DNA of 64,000 nucleotides from positions 96,001-160,000 of the forward strand of contig CBDCEW010000102.1 of the NCBI GenBank assembly GCA_965215885.1. Direction: 5' to 3'. Shown one piece after another: positions 1-11,034 of the stretch (position 1 is the first letter of the stretch; every line of letters begins with the position of its first letter). The position numbers and the translations under genes are program-made. The stretch comes from Candidatus Moanibacter sp. GTDB lineage: Bacteria; Verrucomicrobiota; Verrucomicrobiia; Opitutales; UBA2987. The notes under the pieces were generated by a model. The model ran no database searches and was not told where the DNA came from. It saw only the letters and a list, made by a program, of their open reading frames with translations.

Positions 1-2
1 TG

Positions 3-275
3 GCCACGGTTTACAATTGCCTGGAGGCGCTGGTTGAATGCAAGCTGGTAAAGCAGGTGAATTTCGAGCGGGAACCCTCTCGATTCTGTCCGAACCTGGC
101 CGAACATGCTCATTTCTACGATGAGGATAGCGGTAGCGTATTTGACATAGATCTACCGGAGGAACTCTTTGAAAAGCTAAAAGGAGTCCTGCCGAATGAC
201 CTCGAGGCAACCACCGTGGAACTCAGTTTTCGAGGCAAGAACAAGGCCTTATTGAGCAGAGCGGAGGCAGATTAA
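3..275 (+). CDS. Fur-family transcriptional regulator (Irr/PerR-like), 5' truncated by window edge
   Basis: Frame is open from position 3: ATVYNCLEALVECKLVKQV (Fur HTH ATVYN-x-L), then HAHFYDEDSGSVFDI; no CxxC pairs; sits directly upstream of sufC. Confidence 0.85.
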   Translation, partial: ATVYNCLEALVECKLVKQVNFEREPSRFCPNLAEHAHFYDEDSGSVFDIDLPEELFEKLKGVLPNDLEATTVELSFRGKNKALLSRAEAD

Positions 276-353
276 TTCACTTTCCTGGAAATTCAACGAC
301 ACCAGCATAGGGAAGTTACCTCCGATTGCATAACAAAGCGAAAGCACGAACTC

Positions 354-1112
354 ATGAGCGCCTTTGAAATCAACAATCTGAATATTGAAGTGGGAGAGAA
401 ACTCATTGTAAAGGACCTGTCGCTCAGGGTGCCTAAAGGGGAGGTCCACGCTCTGATGGGCCCAAACGGTTCGGGAAAGAGCACGCTGGCAAAGGCTCTT
501 GCCGGTCACGAGGATTATGTGATCAAAGGAGGTGAAGCCCTACTCGACGGCCAGAACATCATCGGCTGGGAACCGGATGAGATCGCCCGAGCCGGACTCT
601 TTATGGCCTTTCAATACCCCAATGAGATTCCGGGTGTGAGCATTGCCAATTTTATCCGAGCCGCCATCACGGCCCGCCTAGAGGAGGGCGAGGAGTTGGA
701 TGTCGCGCAGTACTATCGACGTCTTTACGAAAAGATGGACATGCTCCAAATTGATCGCAAGTTCACTTCCCGTTCCGTTAACGAAGGCTTTTCCGGTGGG
801 GAGAAAAAGCGCGGCGAAATCCTTCAAATGGCGATGCTGGACCCCAAGTACGCCATAATGGACGAAACCGACAGCGGGCTCGATATCGACGCTTTGAAAA
901 TCGTCGCCGCGGGGGTCAACGCCATGCGGGGACCGAATAGAGGCATGCTTGTAATCACGCACTATCAGCGGCTCCTGAATTATATTGAGCCGGAGGTTGT
1001 CCACGTGATGTGGGATGGCGGCATCGTCCTCAGTGGCGGCAAAGAGCTTGCTTTGGAACTCGAAGAAAGGGGATACGACTGGGTGAAGGAAGAACTCGTC
1101 GCTGCCGTTTAA
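354..1112 (+). CDS. sufC: Fe-S cluster assembly ATPase SufC
   Basis: GPNGSGKST Walker [34 protein letters not shown]. Confidence 0.97.
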   Translation: MSAFEINNLNIEVGEKLIVKDLSLRVPKGEVHALMGPNGSGKSTLAKALAGHEDYVIKGGEALLDGQNIIGWEPDEIARAGLFMAFQYPNEIPGVSIANFIRAAITARLEEGEELDVAQYYRRLYEKMDMLQIDRKFTSRSVNEGFSGGEKKRGEILQMAMLDPKYAIMDETDSGLDIDALKIVAAGVNAMRGPNRGMLVITHYQRLLNYIEPEVVHVMWDGGIVLSGGKELALELEERGYDWVKEELVAAV

Positions 1113-1195
1113 TCGCTTCGGGTTTAATTCCCCGAAGCTTGCTTCGTTTCTAATTCATAAATTAATATCAAATGCCTCGGGGCTTCTCTTTACTC
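1109..1195. repeat. Palindromic repeat resembling an IS200/IS605-type end remnant (PATE-like), copy 1
   Basis: Near-identical to 58539-58636; contains CTTCGGG..CCCGAAG hairpin; second hairpin truncated in this copy. Confidence 0.75.
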
Positions 1196-1232
1196 CACAG
1201 GATATTAAACGTTCTAAGAGAATAGGGAAAAA

Positions 1233-2639
1233 ATGCTAGAGACACCTACCATAGACATTGATCGAGAGAGAGGAAACTTCCGGTATGCCGAGGACTACAG
1301 CTTCGACGCGGGATACGGCCTCAATGAAGATACGATTCGTTACATTTCCGATGTTAAAAAAGAGGATGATTGGGTACGGGACTTCCGCTCCAAGGCGCTG
1401 CGAATCTTTGAAAGTAAGCCCATGCCGACACACTGGGCCTCCAGGGACCTTGAGAATATCGAATTCTCCAAGATCCGCTACTATCTGGCCAAAGGGCAAC
1501 AACCGAGCCGAAGTTGGGAGGAGGTGCCCGACGATGTAAAAGAGACTTTTGAGAGACTTGGGATTCCCGAGCAGGAGCGTAGGTTTCTAGCTGGGGTGGA
1601 GGCCCAATTTGACAGTGAGGCGGCCTATTCCAACGTAAAAGAAAGACTGACTAAGCAAGGGGTGATTTTTATCGGATCGACGGAAGGGTTGAAGGAACAT
1701 CCGGAAATCTTCCGTCGCTTCTTCGGCAAAGTTATCCCTATTGCCGACAACAAGTTCTCCGCTCTAAACAGTGCTGTCTTCAGCGGGGGCAGCTTTATAT
1801 ATGTGCCGCCCGGCGTTAAGGTGGATCAACCCTTGCAGGCCTATTTCCGGATAAATGCGGAGAACTTTGGCCAATTTGAAAGGACTCTGATTATCGCTGA
1901 TGAAGGCGCCGAAGTTACCTATATGGAAGGGTGCACGGCGCCGAAATTTGAAACGACGACCCTGCACAGCGCCGTCGTAGAACTTGTCGCTCTGAGAGGT
2001 GCTAATATTCAGTATATCACCGTGCAGAACTGGTCCAACAATGTCTTCAACCTCGTGACCAAGCGCGGACTGGCAATGGAAGAGGCGAAAATCAAATGGA
2101 TAGACTGTAACATTGGAAGTCGCCTCACTATGAAATACCCGGGAGTCGTTCTAAAAGGGCGTAAATCGCGTGGCGAAGTGCTCTCGATCGCTCTCGCGAA
2201 CGATGGCCAACACCAGGATACAGGCGCCAAAATGGTCCATGCCGCAGACGAAACGACTTCGAATATTACCTCAAAGAGCATCAGTGTGGGAGAGGGGCGT
2301 GCCACCTATCGCGGAGTCGTTCATATGCCGAAGCATCTGAAGAATTGTAGGAATAACACCGAATGTGACGCGCTTCTCATAAACTCAAACAGCCGAACAG
2401 ACACCTATCCGGCAATAACGGTTCGAGGAGATGGTAATTCCGTGCAACATGAAGCGAGCGTCTCGAAAATGAGCGCTGAACAGATCTTTTACATGATGCA
2501 ACGAGGGCTTAATGAAGGTGAGGCCATGAGCCTGGCCGTAAATGGATTTGTCAATGACCTCATTCGCCAATTCCCGATGGAATACAGCGTCGAACTCAAG
2601 AGGCTGATCGACATCGAAATGGAGGGCTCGGTAGGGTGA
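1233..2639 (+). CDS. sufB: Fe-S cluster assembly protein SufB
   Basis: [44 protein letters not shown]-terminal MEGSVG. Confidence 0.97.
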   Translation: MLETPTIDIDRERGNFRYAEDYSFDAGYGLNEDTIRYISDVKKEDDWVRDFRSKALRIFESKPMPTHWASRDLENIEFSKIRYYLAKGQQPSRSWEEVPDDVKETFERLGIPEQERRFLAGVEAQFDSEAAYSNVKERLTKQGVIFIGSTEGLKEHPEIFRRFFGKVIPIADNKFSALNSAVFSGGSFIYVPPGVKVDQPLQAYFRINAENFGQFERTLIIADEGAEVTYMEGCTAPKFETTTLHSAVVELVALRGANIQYITVQNWSNNVFNLVTKRGLAMEEAKIKWIDCNIGSRLTMKYPGVVLKGRKSRGEVLSIALANDGQHQDTGAKMVHAADETTSNITSKSISVGEGRATYRGVVHMPKHLKNCRNNTECDALLINSNSRTDTYPAITVRGDGNSVQHEASVSKMSAEQIFYMMQRGLNEGEAMSLAVNGFVNDLIRQFPMEYSVELKRLIDIEMEGSVG

Positions 2640-2700
2640 GTTAACTCTCCCTCTGTCCCGGCGTTCCTATCCCCTCAAGGCGGGGTAATGAGATTCCAAA

Positions 2701-4047
2701 ATGGCTCACATTAAGGTGGGGGAGGGTAGATCATCGGCGACGACCGGCGAGATTTTAAGTGCGGATGCGTTCCAGCGCCACCTTGCCTGCTTGCGAAATG
2801 CTCCCGGATGGGTCGCCCGATTAAAGAAAGAACAGCGGGAACGGTTTGACGAGCTTCCGCTTCCCGTCCGAACCGACGAAAAGTGGCGTTTCTCCAACAC
2901 TCGTAATCTCTCTTTAGACGGCTTCGAGCTAGCAAATGAAGGTTGTGCCATCGAAAAATCCTCCCTCCTGGATATCTCACCCTACTCCGCGAAATCGGCC
3001 GGGAGACTCATCTTCGCAGACGATCAACTCATCTTGGAAGAGGCCCCGACGAAAGAGTTGCTGGGAAAAGGGGTAATTTGGACGAGCCTGAAGAAGGCAT
3101 TTTCCCGAGAGGGAGACCTTCTCCAGAGTTTTCTCATGAAATGGACACCGGACCTCGGTTCGGAGAAATTCCAAGCCCTCCATGGCGCCTTCTTGAGCAA
3201 CGGCACCCTGCTCTACGTGCCGAAAGGTGTTGAAATTGAATTGCCGTTCATCATTCGACATTGGGGATGTAATGACGGAGTGGCGCTCTTTCCCCACACC
3301 CTCGTGATCGCCGAAGATAACGCCCGGGTCACCCTAGTCGATTATTTCGAGAATCGAGTAGCCGACACCCGCCATTTCGTTTGCGGGTTGGCTAGTATCA
3401 TCGCCGGTCGCGGCTCTCAGGTATTTTACAAGGCCGTCCAGGATTGGAACCTGAATACCTTGTCCTTTCACCTGAACTCCGTGACTGCCAAGCGTGACTC
3501 TAACGTAAAGACGGTTATGTTGAATCTGGGCTCCCGGCAAACACGGAATGAACACCACACCCGTATCGTGGGAGAAGGCTCTAACGTGGAGAGCTATTCC
3601 TTAAGCATACCAACCGGCACACAGGAATTTGACCAGCGCACTCTTCAGACACACAGCGCCCCCCATGCCCGTTCCGATGTCCTCTACAAGAATGCCCTCA
3701 TGGAAGACTCCCGTACCATATTTTCCGGTCTCATTCATGTGGACCGGATCGCTCAGCAGACCGACGCCTACCAGACAAACCGAAACCTTCTTCTTAGTGA
3801 TACCGCGGAGGCCAATTCCCTACCCGGCCTCGAGATTTTAGCTAACGACGTGAAATGTAGTCATGGCGCCACTACTGGAAAACTTGACGCAGATCAGCTC
3901 TATTACCTTTTAGCGCGAGGAATCCACAGGCCGGTGGCGCAGCAGCTTCTTGTCTTTGGATTTCTCGAGGAGATCATTGATAAACTGGACAACGAACAAT
4001 TGAGGGATAACGTGCGAATACTCATTCAACAGAAATTGCGAAAGTAA
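2701..4047 (+). CDS. sufD: Fe-S cluster assembly protein SufD
   Basis: [39 protein letters not shown]; start uncertain. Confidence 0.95.
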   Translation: MAHIKVGEGRSSATTGEILSADAFQRHLACLRNAPGWVARLKKEQRERFDELPLPVRTDEKWRFSNTRNLSLDGFELANEGCAIEKSSLLDISPYSAKSAGRLIFADDQLILEEAPTKELLGKGVIWTSLKKAFSREGDLLQSFLMKWTPDLGSEKFQALHGAFLSNGTLLYVPKGVEIELPFIIRHWGCNDGVALFPHTLVIAEDNARVTLVDYFENRVADTRHFVCGLASIIAGRGSQVFYKAVQDWNLNTLSFHLNSVTAKRDSNVKTVMLNLGSRQTRNEHHTRIVGEGSNVESYSLSIPTGTQEFDQRTLQTHSAPHARSDVLYKNALMEDSRTIFSGLIHVDRIAQQTDAYQTNRNLLLSDTAEANSLPGLEILANDVKCSHGATTGKLDADQLYYLLARGIHRPVAQQLLVFGFLEEIIDKLDNEQLRDNVRILIQQKLRK

Positions 4048-4048
4048 G

Positions 4049-4609
4049 ATGAACTCAGCGGAGAGCAAGTTACTGACCAGGGATTGTCATGCTACGGTTG
4101 TTCCTTCCGGGGAATCGGTAACCATTCCGGAAGGGACCAACGTCTACATAACCCATCGGCTTGGTGGGAATTACACTGTACAGTGGGCTATGGGAATGGC
4201 TCGCATTTCAGGGGAAGACGGTGATGCCCTGGGAGAGGAGATCATGACTGAGGCGAAACCCACTGCGGCGTCCGGAGAGGCTCACCAGGGTCCTCCAGAT
4301 GGCGCCGCGGTTTGGGATCGGCTGAAAGAAGTTTTTGATCCCGAAATTCCTGTGAACATTGTCGATCTGGGACTCATCTATTCGATGGAAGTCAAGGAAC
4401 ATGACGAAAATGGTGAGTATGAAGTCGAAGTGCAGATGACCCTTACCGCTCCCGGGTGTGGGATGGGTCCGGCAATCGCGGAGGACGCTAGGTCCAGGGT
4501 TATGCAGGTGCCGGGAGTTGACCGCGCTTCCGTCGATCTCGTCTGGGACCCCCCTTGGCATCAGGATATGATATCGGAGGAGGGCAAGATGCAATTGGGT
4601 TTGATCTAA
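4049..4609 (+). CDS. sufT: Fe-S cluster assembly protein SufT (DUF59 domain)
   Basis: [33 protein letters not shown] plus typical N-terminal domain. Confidence 0.93.
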   Translation: MNSAESKLLTRDCHATVVPSGESVTIPEGTNVYITHRLGGNYTVQWAMGMARISGEDGDALGEEIMTEAKPTAASGEAHQGPPDGAAVWDRLKEVFDPEIPVNIVDLGLIYSMEVKEHDENGEYEVEVQMTLTAPGCGMGPAIAEDARSRVMQVPGVDRASVDLVWDPPWHQDMISEEGKMQLGLI

Positions 4610-4653
4610 TACCCGTTCATGTAGTAGATAATACCGATAAAATACGTAATCGA

Positions 4654-5256
4654 ATGAACGATTTCAAAAATATGCTTAATGAGGATGCCGGGGAGAAGGA
4701 CCTACAGAAGGGCATTGACCAAATAATGCAGAAGAAATTCCTCGAAGAGAGGAAGATTTTTCTTTGGGGAGAAATCGACGATAAGACCTGCCAGGATGTC
4801 ACCGAAAAGCTTCTCTATCTGGAGACCACGGATCCGGGGAAAGAAATTACTGTGTATCTGAATACTCCGGGTGGATCGGTCACCGCTGGAATGGCTGTGT
4901 ATGATACCATGGAACTCATCGGTTCACCTGTTAAGGTTGTTGTTACAGGCATTGCCGCAAGCATGGGTGCCATCCTGCTCTGTGCAGCTCAAAAGGGGAA
5001 GCGATTTTTATTTCCCAACTCGCGTTTACTCATCCATCAGCCACTCATGCACGGACGTATGATGGCAGCGGCAATCGACATTCACATTCAGGCTCAGGAG
5101 TTCGAAAAGACACGCGAACAGATCAACAGAATCCTTGCCGACGCTTCTGGACAACCTTTGGAGAAAATCCAGCAGGATACTGACCGAGACTTTTATATGT
5201 CAGCTGAGGAAGCCATCGCCTACGGACTCGCGGACTCCATCGTGGCGGAAATCTAA
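4654..5256 (+). CDS. clpP: ATP-dependent Clp protease proteolytic subunit
   Basis: NTPGGSV, GIAASMGA (catalytic Ser), LIHQP (His), DTDRDFYMSAEEAIAYGL; ATG 4654 preferred because the ORF-track start overlaps sufT. Confidence 0.95.
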   Translation: MNDFKNMLNEDAGEKDLQKGIDQIMQKKFLEERKIFLWGEIDDKTCQDVTEKLLYLETTDPGKEITVYLNTPGGSVTAGMAVYDTMELIGSPVKVVVTGIAASMGAILLCAAQKGKRFLFPNSRLLIHQPLMHGRMMAAAIDIHIQAQEFEKTREQINRILADASGQPLEKIQQDTDRDFYMSAEEAIAYGLADSIVAEI

Positions 5257-5273
5257 GTCCGACAGATTCCTAG
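5253..5273. repeat. Solo terminal repeat of MITE family B (perfect IS110 target motif on minus strand)
   Basis: CTAAGTCCGACAGATTCCTAG, identical to 60223-60243. Confidence 0.85.
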
Positions 5274-5710
5274 ATCCAGAACTGCCACCACTTTTTCGTC
5301 GCTCGCTTCCTCCGGACCTCGCGGTACCATTCCTGCCCGCTCATCAATTCTCCAACCCATGAGGAGAAAGAGAATCCCTGCCTGAAACGATCGATTTCTT
5401 CAGGGTCGAATTGTTCCATTTCGTGAGTAATTGCGAAAACCGGGGAATCGTCTCTCGCAAGATCGACGAAATAGACATCCCCTGCGCGATTTCCCCCGAT
5501 GACGAAGAGTGATTCCGGCCAATTATTGCCCCGAAATCCAGATTCCCTGAATTCCCGGTTCACGCGGTAGATTAGATCGAGATCCTCGTAGAGCAAGGGT
5601 TCCTCCCCATCTCCGGTAAGAGGGAAATCCAGCAAGGTCGATTTGTAGTCTTCCGGCAACCGGATTCTCAACCCCGATTCTATAGCCGATAACTTTTCCT
5701 CGTTGTTCAC
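5270..5710 (-). CDS. SMI1/KNR4 (SUKH) family protein
   Basis: IESGLRIRLPEDYKSTLL, FVIGGNRAGDVYFVDL, SFSSW; C-terminal KKWWQFW tail. Confidence 0.85.
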   Translation of the reverse strand: MNNEEKLSAIESGLRIRLPEDYKSTLLDFPLTGDGEEPLLYEDLDLIYRVNREFRESGFRGNNWPESLFVIGGNRAGDVYFVDLARDDSPVFAITHEMEQFDPEEIDRFRQGFSFSSWVGELMSGQEWYREVRRKRATKKWWQFWI

Positions 5711-5711
5711 G

Positions 5712-5812
5712 TTAGCCCGCTTTTCTCACAGATTTCCTAGAACACTGTCACGACAAATGGTTCTTTGCGACACTCCGCAGTACGGCAGAGCCAGCCGAGA
5801 AAAGCGGGCTAG
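5712..5812. mobile_element. MITE with CCCGCTTTTCTC terminal inverted repeats
   Basis: 12-bp perfect TIR at 5716-5727 and 5797-5808, flanked by TTAG/CTAG; related mini-element at 61817-61855. Confidence 0.7.
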
Positions 5813-7428
5813 GGCGTGCTGAGGCGTGCGCTCCACTCCACCGATAAGGGGAGATCTCCGATTCTGCGGGCTAGTTCCTTGCCTTTTTTCATGAATTCGT
5901 CTCTCAGCGGCTTTGGAAGGCCGGGACTGTCGATCAGATTTCGATAGATCACGACGGCGACGCGAACCTCTCCGTGGGCAACTAGCAGGTCGGCGATTCC
6001 CTTTGCCGGCAACCAATCGTCACTCGAAAAGTAGGAGATATACTCGGCAAAACGCAAAGTGCTTACTGCCTGATTTCTTTGTCCCGAAGCGAGATAGGCT
6101 TTGCCCAATTCCAATCCGAGAGCGAGACCCGGACTCTCACGGAACCCCCTCTCTCCCCATTCGATCGTCTCCGTGAACCTGCCTTCGGCACGCAGCAAAC
6201 GCATTTTTCGAATAAAGGCATACTGGCCAAGCGCCATTTGTTCTTCACCAAGTCGGGCAAGCTGTTCCTCGAGGTCGACTTTAAATGGTTGATAAAGTGG
6301 GTCTCCTAAAAGCACTGCCTGCCAACTCAATGTGGGGAGGGCGTAATAGGCAGCGTCTCCCAAATTCATCCCCTCGACTATTGCGCTTACGAATGCGTCC
6401 AGGTGGTGCGTAAACTCGAGGTAAGGTTCAGCGACATTTCCCAAAGTTGCGGTGACCCCCCGTGAGATAAACGGACCACACCAGGATTTTTTCGGATCTC
6501 TTAGGGTAGAGGCCGACGTGCTGTGAATATGAACGGCGATGGCGCCGGGTGGAAAGCGAAAGCCCGGGTTGAGAAAGGGCCCGTTGACGCTATGCGCGTA
6601 CCAGCCGAAATAGAGGGCCGGCGCATCGAACCGATCTGTCTGACCAAAGTTTCGCGCAGACGTCTCCGCGGAGTGGTCGTAACCGAGAGGCCTGATGGTC
6701 GAAGCAACCGTGTCCAGCCACTCGTCGCCCTTTCGGTGACGTCCGCCACTGTCGACATAAGTTCTCCCCATTAATCCCTTTTTTTCAGCAATCAAAGCTC
6801 CATCAATCATTCCTTTCACCGCGGTTACGCTGGGACCATCCAAACGGGCAACCTTTATGACCTGTTGTTGCTCGTAGATACTTGGATTTCTTCTGCGAAA
6901 CAGCGGATTCGCCACCAATCCGGTTATCGCGTGTTCGGACATTGCCATCAACGCGAGTTCAGCATCAACAGAAGAGCGATTTATTCTGAATGCCTCCTGG
7001 ACTTCGCTCGCGGCTTCCCGCTTTAGTCGCTCCGGATCATTTTCAATCTTCAGAGGCACTCCTCGGCAAAGAACCAGATATCCGATTCTGTGCCCCGTAA
7101 TTCCAAACCTCCGGCGACCAACGCTATCGAAAAGATCGCTCGCTACGGCTTCAATCCATTCTTTTTCGACGAGCTCGGACAACAATGGATTGTAGATTTC
7201 AGCGAGAAATGTTGACCAGCTTATGGTCTCATCTTTGGGAGTCGATATGAGCAGAAGATTAGCCTTTGGGATCTTGCGCTTCTCCTGATAATGCCGGGCC
7301 AGTAGAATGGAATTCTCGTCGTCCTCGTTGGCAACAATTACGACGTTCTCTTCATTCCCTGCCTTCCCGAGTAACGGAATCAGAACCAATATCAATGTGA
7401 TTGTTTTCCTCGGCACGGCGATTCTCAT
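5809..7428 (-). CDS. TIGR03790-family exported protein
   Basis: Signal peptide, YLVLCRGVPLKI, SVDAEL, VARLDGP, YFGWY, GAIAVHIHS, GNVAEPYL, GDPLYQPF; TPR-like C-terminus. Confidence 0.85.
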   Translation of the reverse strand: MRIAVPRKTITLILVLIPLLGKAGNEENVVIVANEDDENSILLARHYQEKRKIPKANLLLISTPKDETISWSTFLAEIYNPLLSELVEKEWIEAVASDLFDSVGRRRFGITGHRIGYLVLCRGVPLKIENDPERLKREAASEVQEAFRINRSSVDAELALMAMSEHAITGLVANPLFRRRNPSIYEQQQVIKVARLDGPSVTAVKGMIDGALIAEKKGLMGRTYVDSGGRHRKGDEWLDTVASTIRPLGYDHSAETSARNFGQTDRFDAPALYFGWYAHSVNGPFLNPGFRFPPGAIAVHIHSTSASTLRDPKKSWCGPFISRGVTATLGNVAEPYLEFTHHLDAFVSAIVEGMNLGDAAYYALPTLSWQAVLLGDPLYQPFKVDLEEQLARLGEEQMALGQYAFIRKMRLLRAEGRFTETIEWGERGFRESPGLALGLELGKAYLASGQRNQAVSTLRFAEYISYFSSDDWLPAKGIADLLVAHGEVRVAVVIYRNLIDSPGLPKPLRDEFMKKGKELARRIGDLPLSVEWSARLSTP

Positions 7429-7446
7429 ATTTGGAGATTAACACTC

Positions 7447-8472
7447 TCAGTCCTTCGATTCCGCTCCAACCGATTTTCCCCTGAGTCGGTTAATTGTCCT
7501 CTGATACCGAAAAACCCCAGTTGCAATGGCTTGAGCGATGCGCTGGCGATAGGCCTGCGTCTTCAACATGCGCGCTTCTTTCGAATTCGTCACAAATGCG
7601 GCCTCGATGAGTAAACCCGGACATTCCAATGTGCGGAGGACATCCCAGCGACCACGCTTGAGGCCGCGATCGGGAGTCTTGAGGCTATTCGTCAGCTCAC
7701 GCTGCACGTAATAACCGACGAGCGTGCTCCATTCATTGTTGCGGTTTCCAGGATAGAACCTGCGGTCGCTGGCGCTTAACTTTGAGTTCTTCGTCGAGGG
7801 CTGGTTTCGGGGTGTAAAGGCATAAGTTTCCGATCCGTTCACACTCCCGGACGCAGTGCCGTTTAGGTGGACGCTCAGAAAAAGATCCGCCTTCAGTCGA
7901 TTTGCCAGACGTGGTCGCTCGTCGAGCCTGATAAAACGGTCGCTCTTTCGAGTATACTCCACTTCATAGCCCATATTCTGGAGAAGCAGCCCCAAACGCT
8001 GCGAGATATCGAGTACTAAGGTCTTCTCTTCCAATCCTTGCTTCTTGTTTTGCGTCCCCGGATCCTTTCCACCATGTCCGGCGTCAAGGACGATGCGGTA
8101 GAGTTTGGGCACCTTAGAATAGATCTGCGGTGTCAGGACTGGCGAAACTGTGTATTCCAAATCGAGCTTGCTGATATTGAGATCTCCTTGACGAAAGGCG
8201 ACCGGCGATCCGAGGTATACCCGTATCCCATTGATTCTGATATCGCGGTCATTTACTCGAAATTCCATCCGCGTCCAATCGCTCCGCAGGATCATCTGCT
8301 TTCCCATAACAACCCATTGCCTTTTCATCCCGAGTCGCTCGGCCACCGTCCGCAGACTCACATATTCCGTTCCATTTACTTTCAGGGTCGCACCATCGAG
8401 TGCTCCTATCAATCCCGCTATCGAGAATAGTAACACCGACCCATACCCGAGAACTTTCAGCTCTGTTCGCAC
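7447..8472 (-). CDS. N-acetylmuramoyl-L-alanine amidase (Amidase_3)
   Basis: VLDAGHGGKDPG, EK, FLSVHLN, LIEAAFVTN. Confidence 0.93.
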   Translation of the reverse strand: MRTELKVLGYGSVLLFSIAGLIGALDGATLKVNGTEYVSLRTVAERLGMKRQWVVMGKQMILRSDWTRMEFRVNDRDIRINGIRVYLGSPVAFRQGDLNISKLDLEYTVSPVLTPQIYSKVPKLYRIVLDAGHGGKDPGTQNKKQGLEEKTLVLDISQRLGLLLQNMGYEVEYTRKSDRFIRLDERPRLANRLKADLFLSVHLNGTASGSVNGSETYAFTPRNQPSTKNSKLSASDRRFYPGNRNNEWSTLVGYYVQRELTNSLKTPDRGLKRGRWDVLRTLECPGLLIEAAFVTNSKEARMLKTQAYRQRIAQAIATGVFRYQRTINRLRGKSVGAESKD

Positions 8473-8548
8473 TTATCCACCTTCAATATCAACCGTCTCC
8501 TCTTGTCTCTTGACTCGGAAACTCGATCTCAGTTTCATTTTCTTAATA

Positions 8549-8617
8549 CTAGGAGCCTGTCGGACGAGATTTGTCACTTGCACAGAAATCCGAAGACAAA
8601 GTCCGACAGTCTCCTGG
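8549..8617. repeat. Degenerate family-B inverted-repeat element
   Basis: TAGGAGCCTGTCGGAC ... GTCCGACAGTCTCCTG arms. Confidence 0.6.
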
Positions 8618-8742
8618 CGCGGGTGGGACTTCACCCAACCGACACCCGGGTGGCTTTCCGGATAGTTTTCTCATCCGGGTGGTAGAAACGGTCGCAAGAA
8701 AAAGTCTGGGAGAATCAAATAGGGGCGGTCAGCTGCACCGGC

Positions 8743-9348
8743 TTATTCCTCTTGCCGTTCGTTATATTTTAGCGTGCGTCGGGCGACCGGCAAAGGACTC
8801 ACGAGCAGAATGATATTTCGACCTGCCATTTTCGGCTCTGCTTCCCCGCTACCGATGTGGGTAAGATCCTTTACCGCGCGATTAATTACGTCGAATCCCA
8901 ATTCCGTATGCTCCAACTCCCGCCCCCGAAACGACAGCGTCAATTTTACCTTATTACCTTTGTCGAGGAAATCTTCCGCCCGCCGCAACTTTACCATATA
9001 ATCATGCTGCTCGATACGAACGCGAAACTTTACCTCCTTTATCTTCGAAGTGGGATGCTTCTTGTTTTCTCTCCCTTTCTTCGATTGCTCATACTTATAC
9101 TTACCGAAATCCAGAATGCGGCATACCGGCGGCCTCGCGGTAGGTGAAATCTCGACCAAGTCCAGCCCCACCTGTCGGGCCAATTTGAGAGCTTCGGAAG
9201 TTTGCAGGATGCCTATCTGCTTCGCATCTGGCCCAATTACACGCACTTCACGGGAACGAATCCTCTCGTTCTTTCGAAGATACGGTTTCCGATGGTGACG
9301 CCGCCTGCCTCTGAAGCGGCCACCTGCGTGGGGAAATTTTGCCATCAA
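8743..9348 (-). CDS. infC: Translation initiation factor IF-3
   Basis: NERIRSREVRVI, LDLVEISPTARPPVCRILDFGKYKYE, KEVKFR, FRGRE. Confidence 0.97.
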   Translation of the reverse strand: MMAKFPHAGGRFRGRRRHHRKPYLRKNERIRSREVRVIGPDAKQIGILQTSEALKLARQVGLDLVEISPTARPPVCRILDFGKYKYEQSKKGRENKKHPTSKIKEVKFRVRIEQHDYMVKLRRAEDFLDKGNKVKLTLSFRGRELEHTELGFDVINRAVKDLTHIGSGEAEPKMAGRNIILLVSPLPVARRTLKYNERQEE

Positions 9349-9515
9349 CGCGTGATCACGTAATTAACTCATACCGCGTCTTCAGGCTACCCGTGCGTTC
9401 CGGGTTTTGTAATTTGCGAAATGTAAGCAGCGATAAAGTCTTCTCCTTAAGACCATGGGAAAGCGTCCTATTAAGATTCCCTCTCCATCGATTTACAACC
9501 TTTTTCATGAACGAA

Positions 9516-10979
9516 TCATTTCGCGCCCACACCGCTCAATACCACTGGTATGGTGCGAAATATTATGACCATGTCTAACCATAGACTCCACGAGTCGATG
9601 TATTCCAAATCGAGCTTTACCCACTCCGAAAAATCCGCGATCTCGTTTCGGCCTGAAACCTGCCACAATCCTGTCAGACCGGGCAACACACTATAACGGC
9701 GGTGATCCTTAAAAGCCTCGAAATTCTCGGTCTCGTATACCGGAAGTGGTCGCGGCCCTACCAAACTCATCTCTCCCTTTAAGACATTATGCAGCTGCGG
9801 CAATTCATCCAAACTGTAACGTCGAAGAAAACACCCCATCACTGTAACACGGGGATCGTCACTCAATTTGTATACAGGGCCCTTCATCTCGTTTCGCTGC
9901 ATGAGATCAGACTGTTCATCCTCCGCACCAGCTTTCATGGTGCGGAATTTATACATACTGAACGATTTCCCCCTCAACCCGGTCCGTCTCTGTGCATAAA
10001 CTGCCGGGCCTTTCGAAGTCGCTCTGATGAGAAATGCAATTAGAAGCAAGAGTGGACATAACAGCACGAGGAAAGTGGAGGAGACGACGACATCAAAAAG
10101 CCGTTTTGCGAAAACCTTTCCACCCAAATTGGGGGTCGTCTTGAATATGATCACGGGTTTGCCTCCGTATTCATCCACTTCCGGCCTTGAAAGAATTGGT
10201 GTCAAGATCTCCGCGAAATACCAGACATCTATTCCTTGCTCCTCCGCCGCGTTGAGAACTTTCTGCGTATTCTTCGACTCACTCACGAGCAGTCCCAGAA
10301 AAACAAAATCGTAGCTCCCTTTGGACAAAATATCGGCAAACTCATCGAGATTTCCAACTACGAGATTGCCCAGGTGGGCCGGCAGTTCATTCTTCGACCC
10401 CTCGGACAGCACTATTCCCTTAATCGTTATACCGGAGAGTTGCCGATCGGAAAACTCGGTCATTCGCGCTTCCGCGCTCTCGGTCGAACAGACTAACAAC
10501 GCCTCCAGCGGTCTTTTGCGATAATGCCTGTTCAAAAGATAGCTGCGCAGAAGGGTTTCCTTCGTGATGAGGTATAATAAAAATACGCCCGCAAATCCGA
10601 AAAAGAGGGAACGATTGACCTGAATTATGGAGAAAAAATAGAAAAAGACGGCTGTCATTCCCATCCCAATAGCCACACATTTCAAAGACTGAAAAACCAG
10701 TTTCGGCCATTTCGCAAACAGATCTATTTGATAGAAGCGGTTGAGCTTCAAAGCCGCGAACAGATTCAAGAGAATCACCAGAAACAGCCAGCCCTGTTCT
10801 TGCAAATGGGTTACCGTCTGGATATTAAAGGGGTAGCCGGTTGCCGCTCGCAGAAACTGTTGCCATTCTCTTCCGAATAAATGGAGGAAGAAGTAGACCG
10901 CTATCATCACCAGGATTCCACCCAGCACATCGATCAGGAAACTGATCTCTTCCAGCAATCGCTTTCTCCGTCCCAGCAT
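9516..10979 (-). CDS. Undecaprenyl-phosphate sugar phosphotransferase (WcaJ/CpsE-like priming transferase)
   Basis: N-terminal TM segments; KRLFD, YKFRTM, DPRVT, SLDELPQL, GEMSLVGPRP, PGLTGLWQVSGR. Confidence 0.93.
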   Translation of the reverse strand: MLGRRKRLLEEISFLIDVLGGILVMIAVYFFLHLFGREWQQFLRAATGYPFNIQTVTHLQEQGWLFLVILLNLFAALKLNRFYQIDLFAKWPKLVFQSLKCVAIGMGMTAVFFYFFSIIQVNRSLFFGFAGVFLLYLITKETLLRSYLLNRHYRKRPLEALLVCSTESAEARMTEFSDRQLSGITIKGIVLSEGSKNELPAHLGNLVVGNLDEFADILSKGSYDFVFLGLLVSESKNTQKVLNAAEEQGIDVWYFAEILTPILSRPEVDEYGGKPVIIFKTTPNLGGKVFAKRLFDVVVSSTFLVLLCPLLLLIAFLIRATSKGPAVYAQRRTGLRGKSFSMYKFRTMKAGAEDEQSDLMQRNEMKGPVYKLSDDPRVTVMGCFLRRYSLDELPQLHNVLKGEMSLVGPRPLPVYETENFEAFKDHRRYSVLPGLTGLWQVSGRNEIADFSEWVKLDLEYIDSWSLWLDMVIIFRTIPVVLSGVGAK

Positions 10980-11034
10980 ATTTTATGCGCCCTTGTATGC
11001 AAACACGCTTAACAGATATTCGACCGACACGCTC

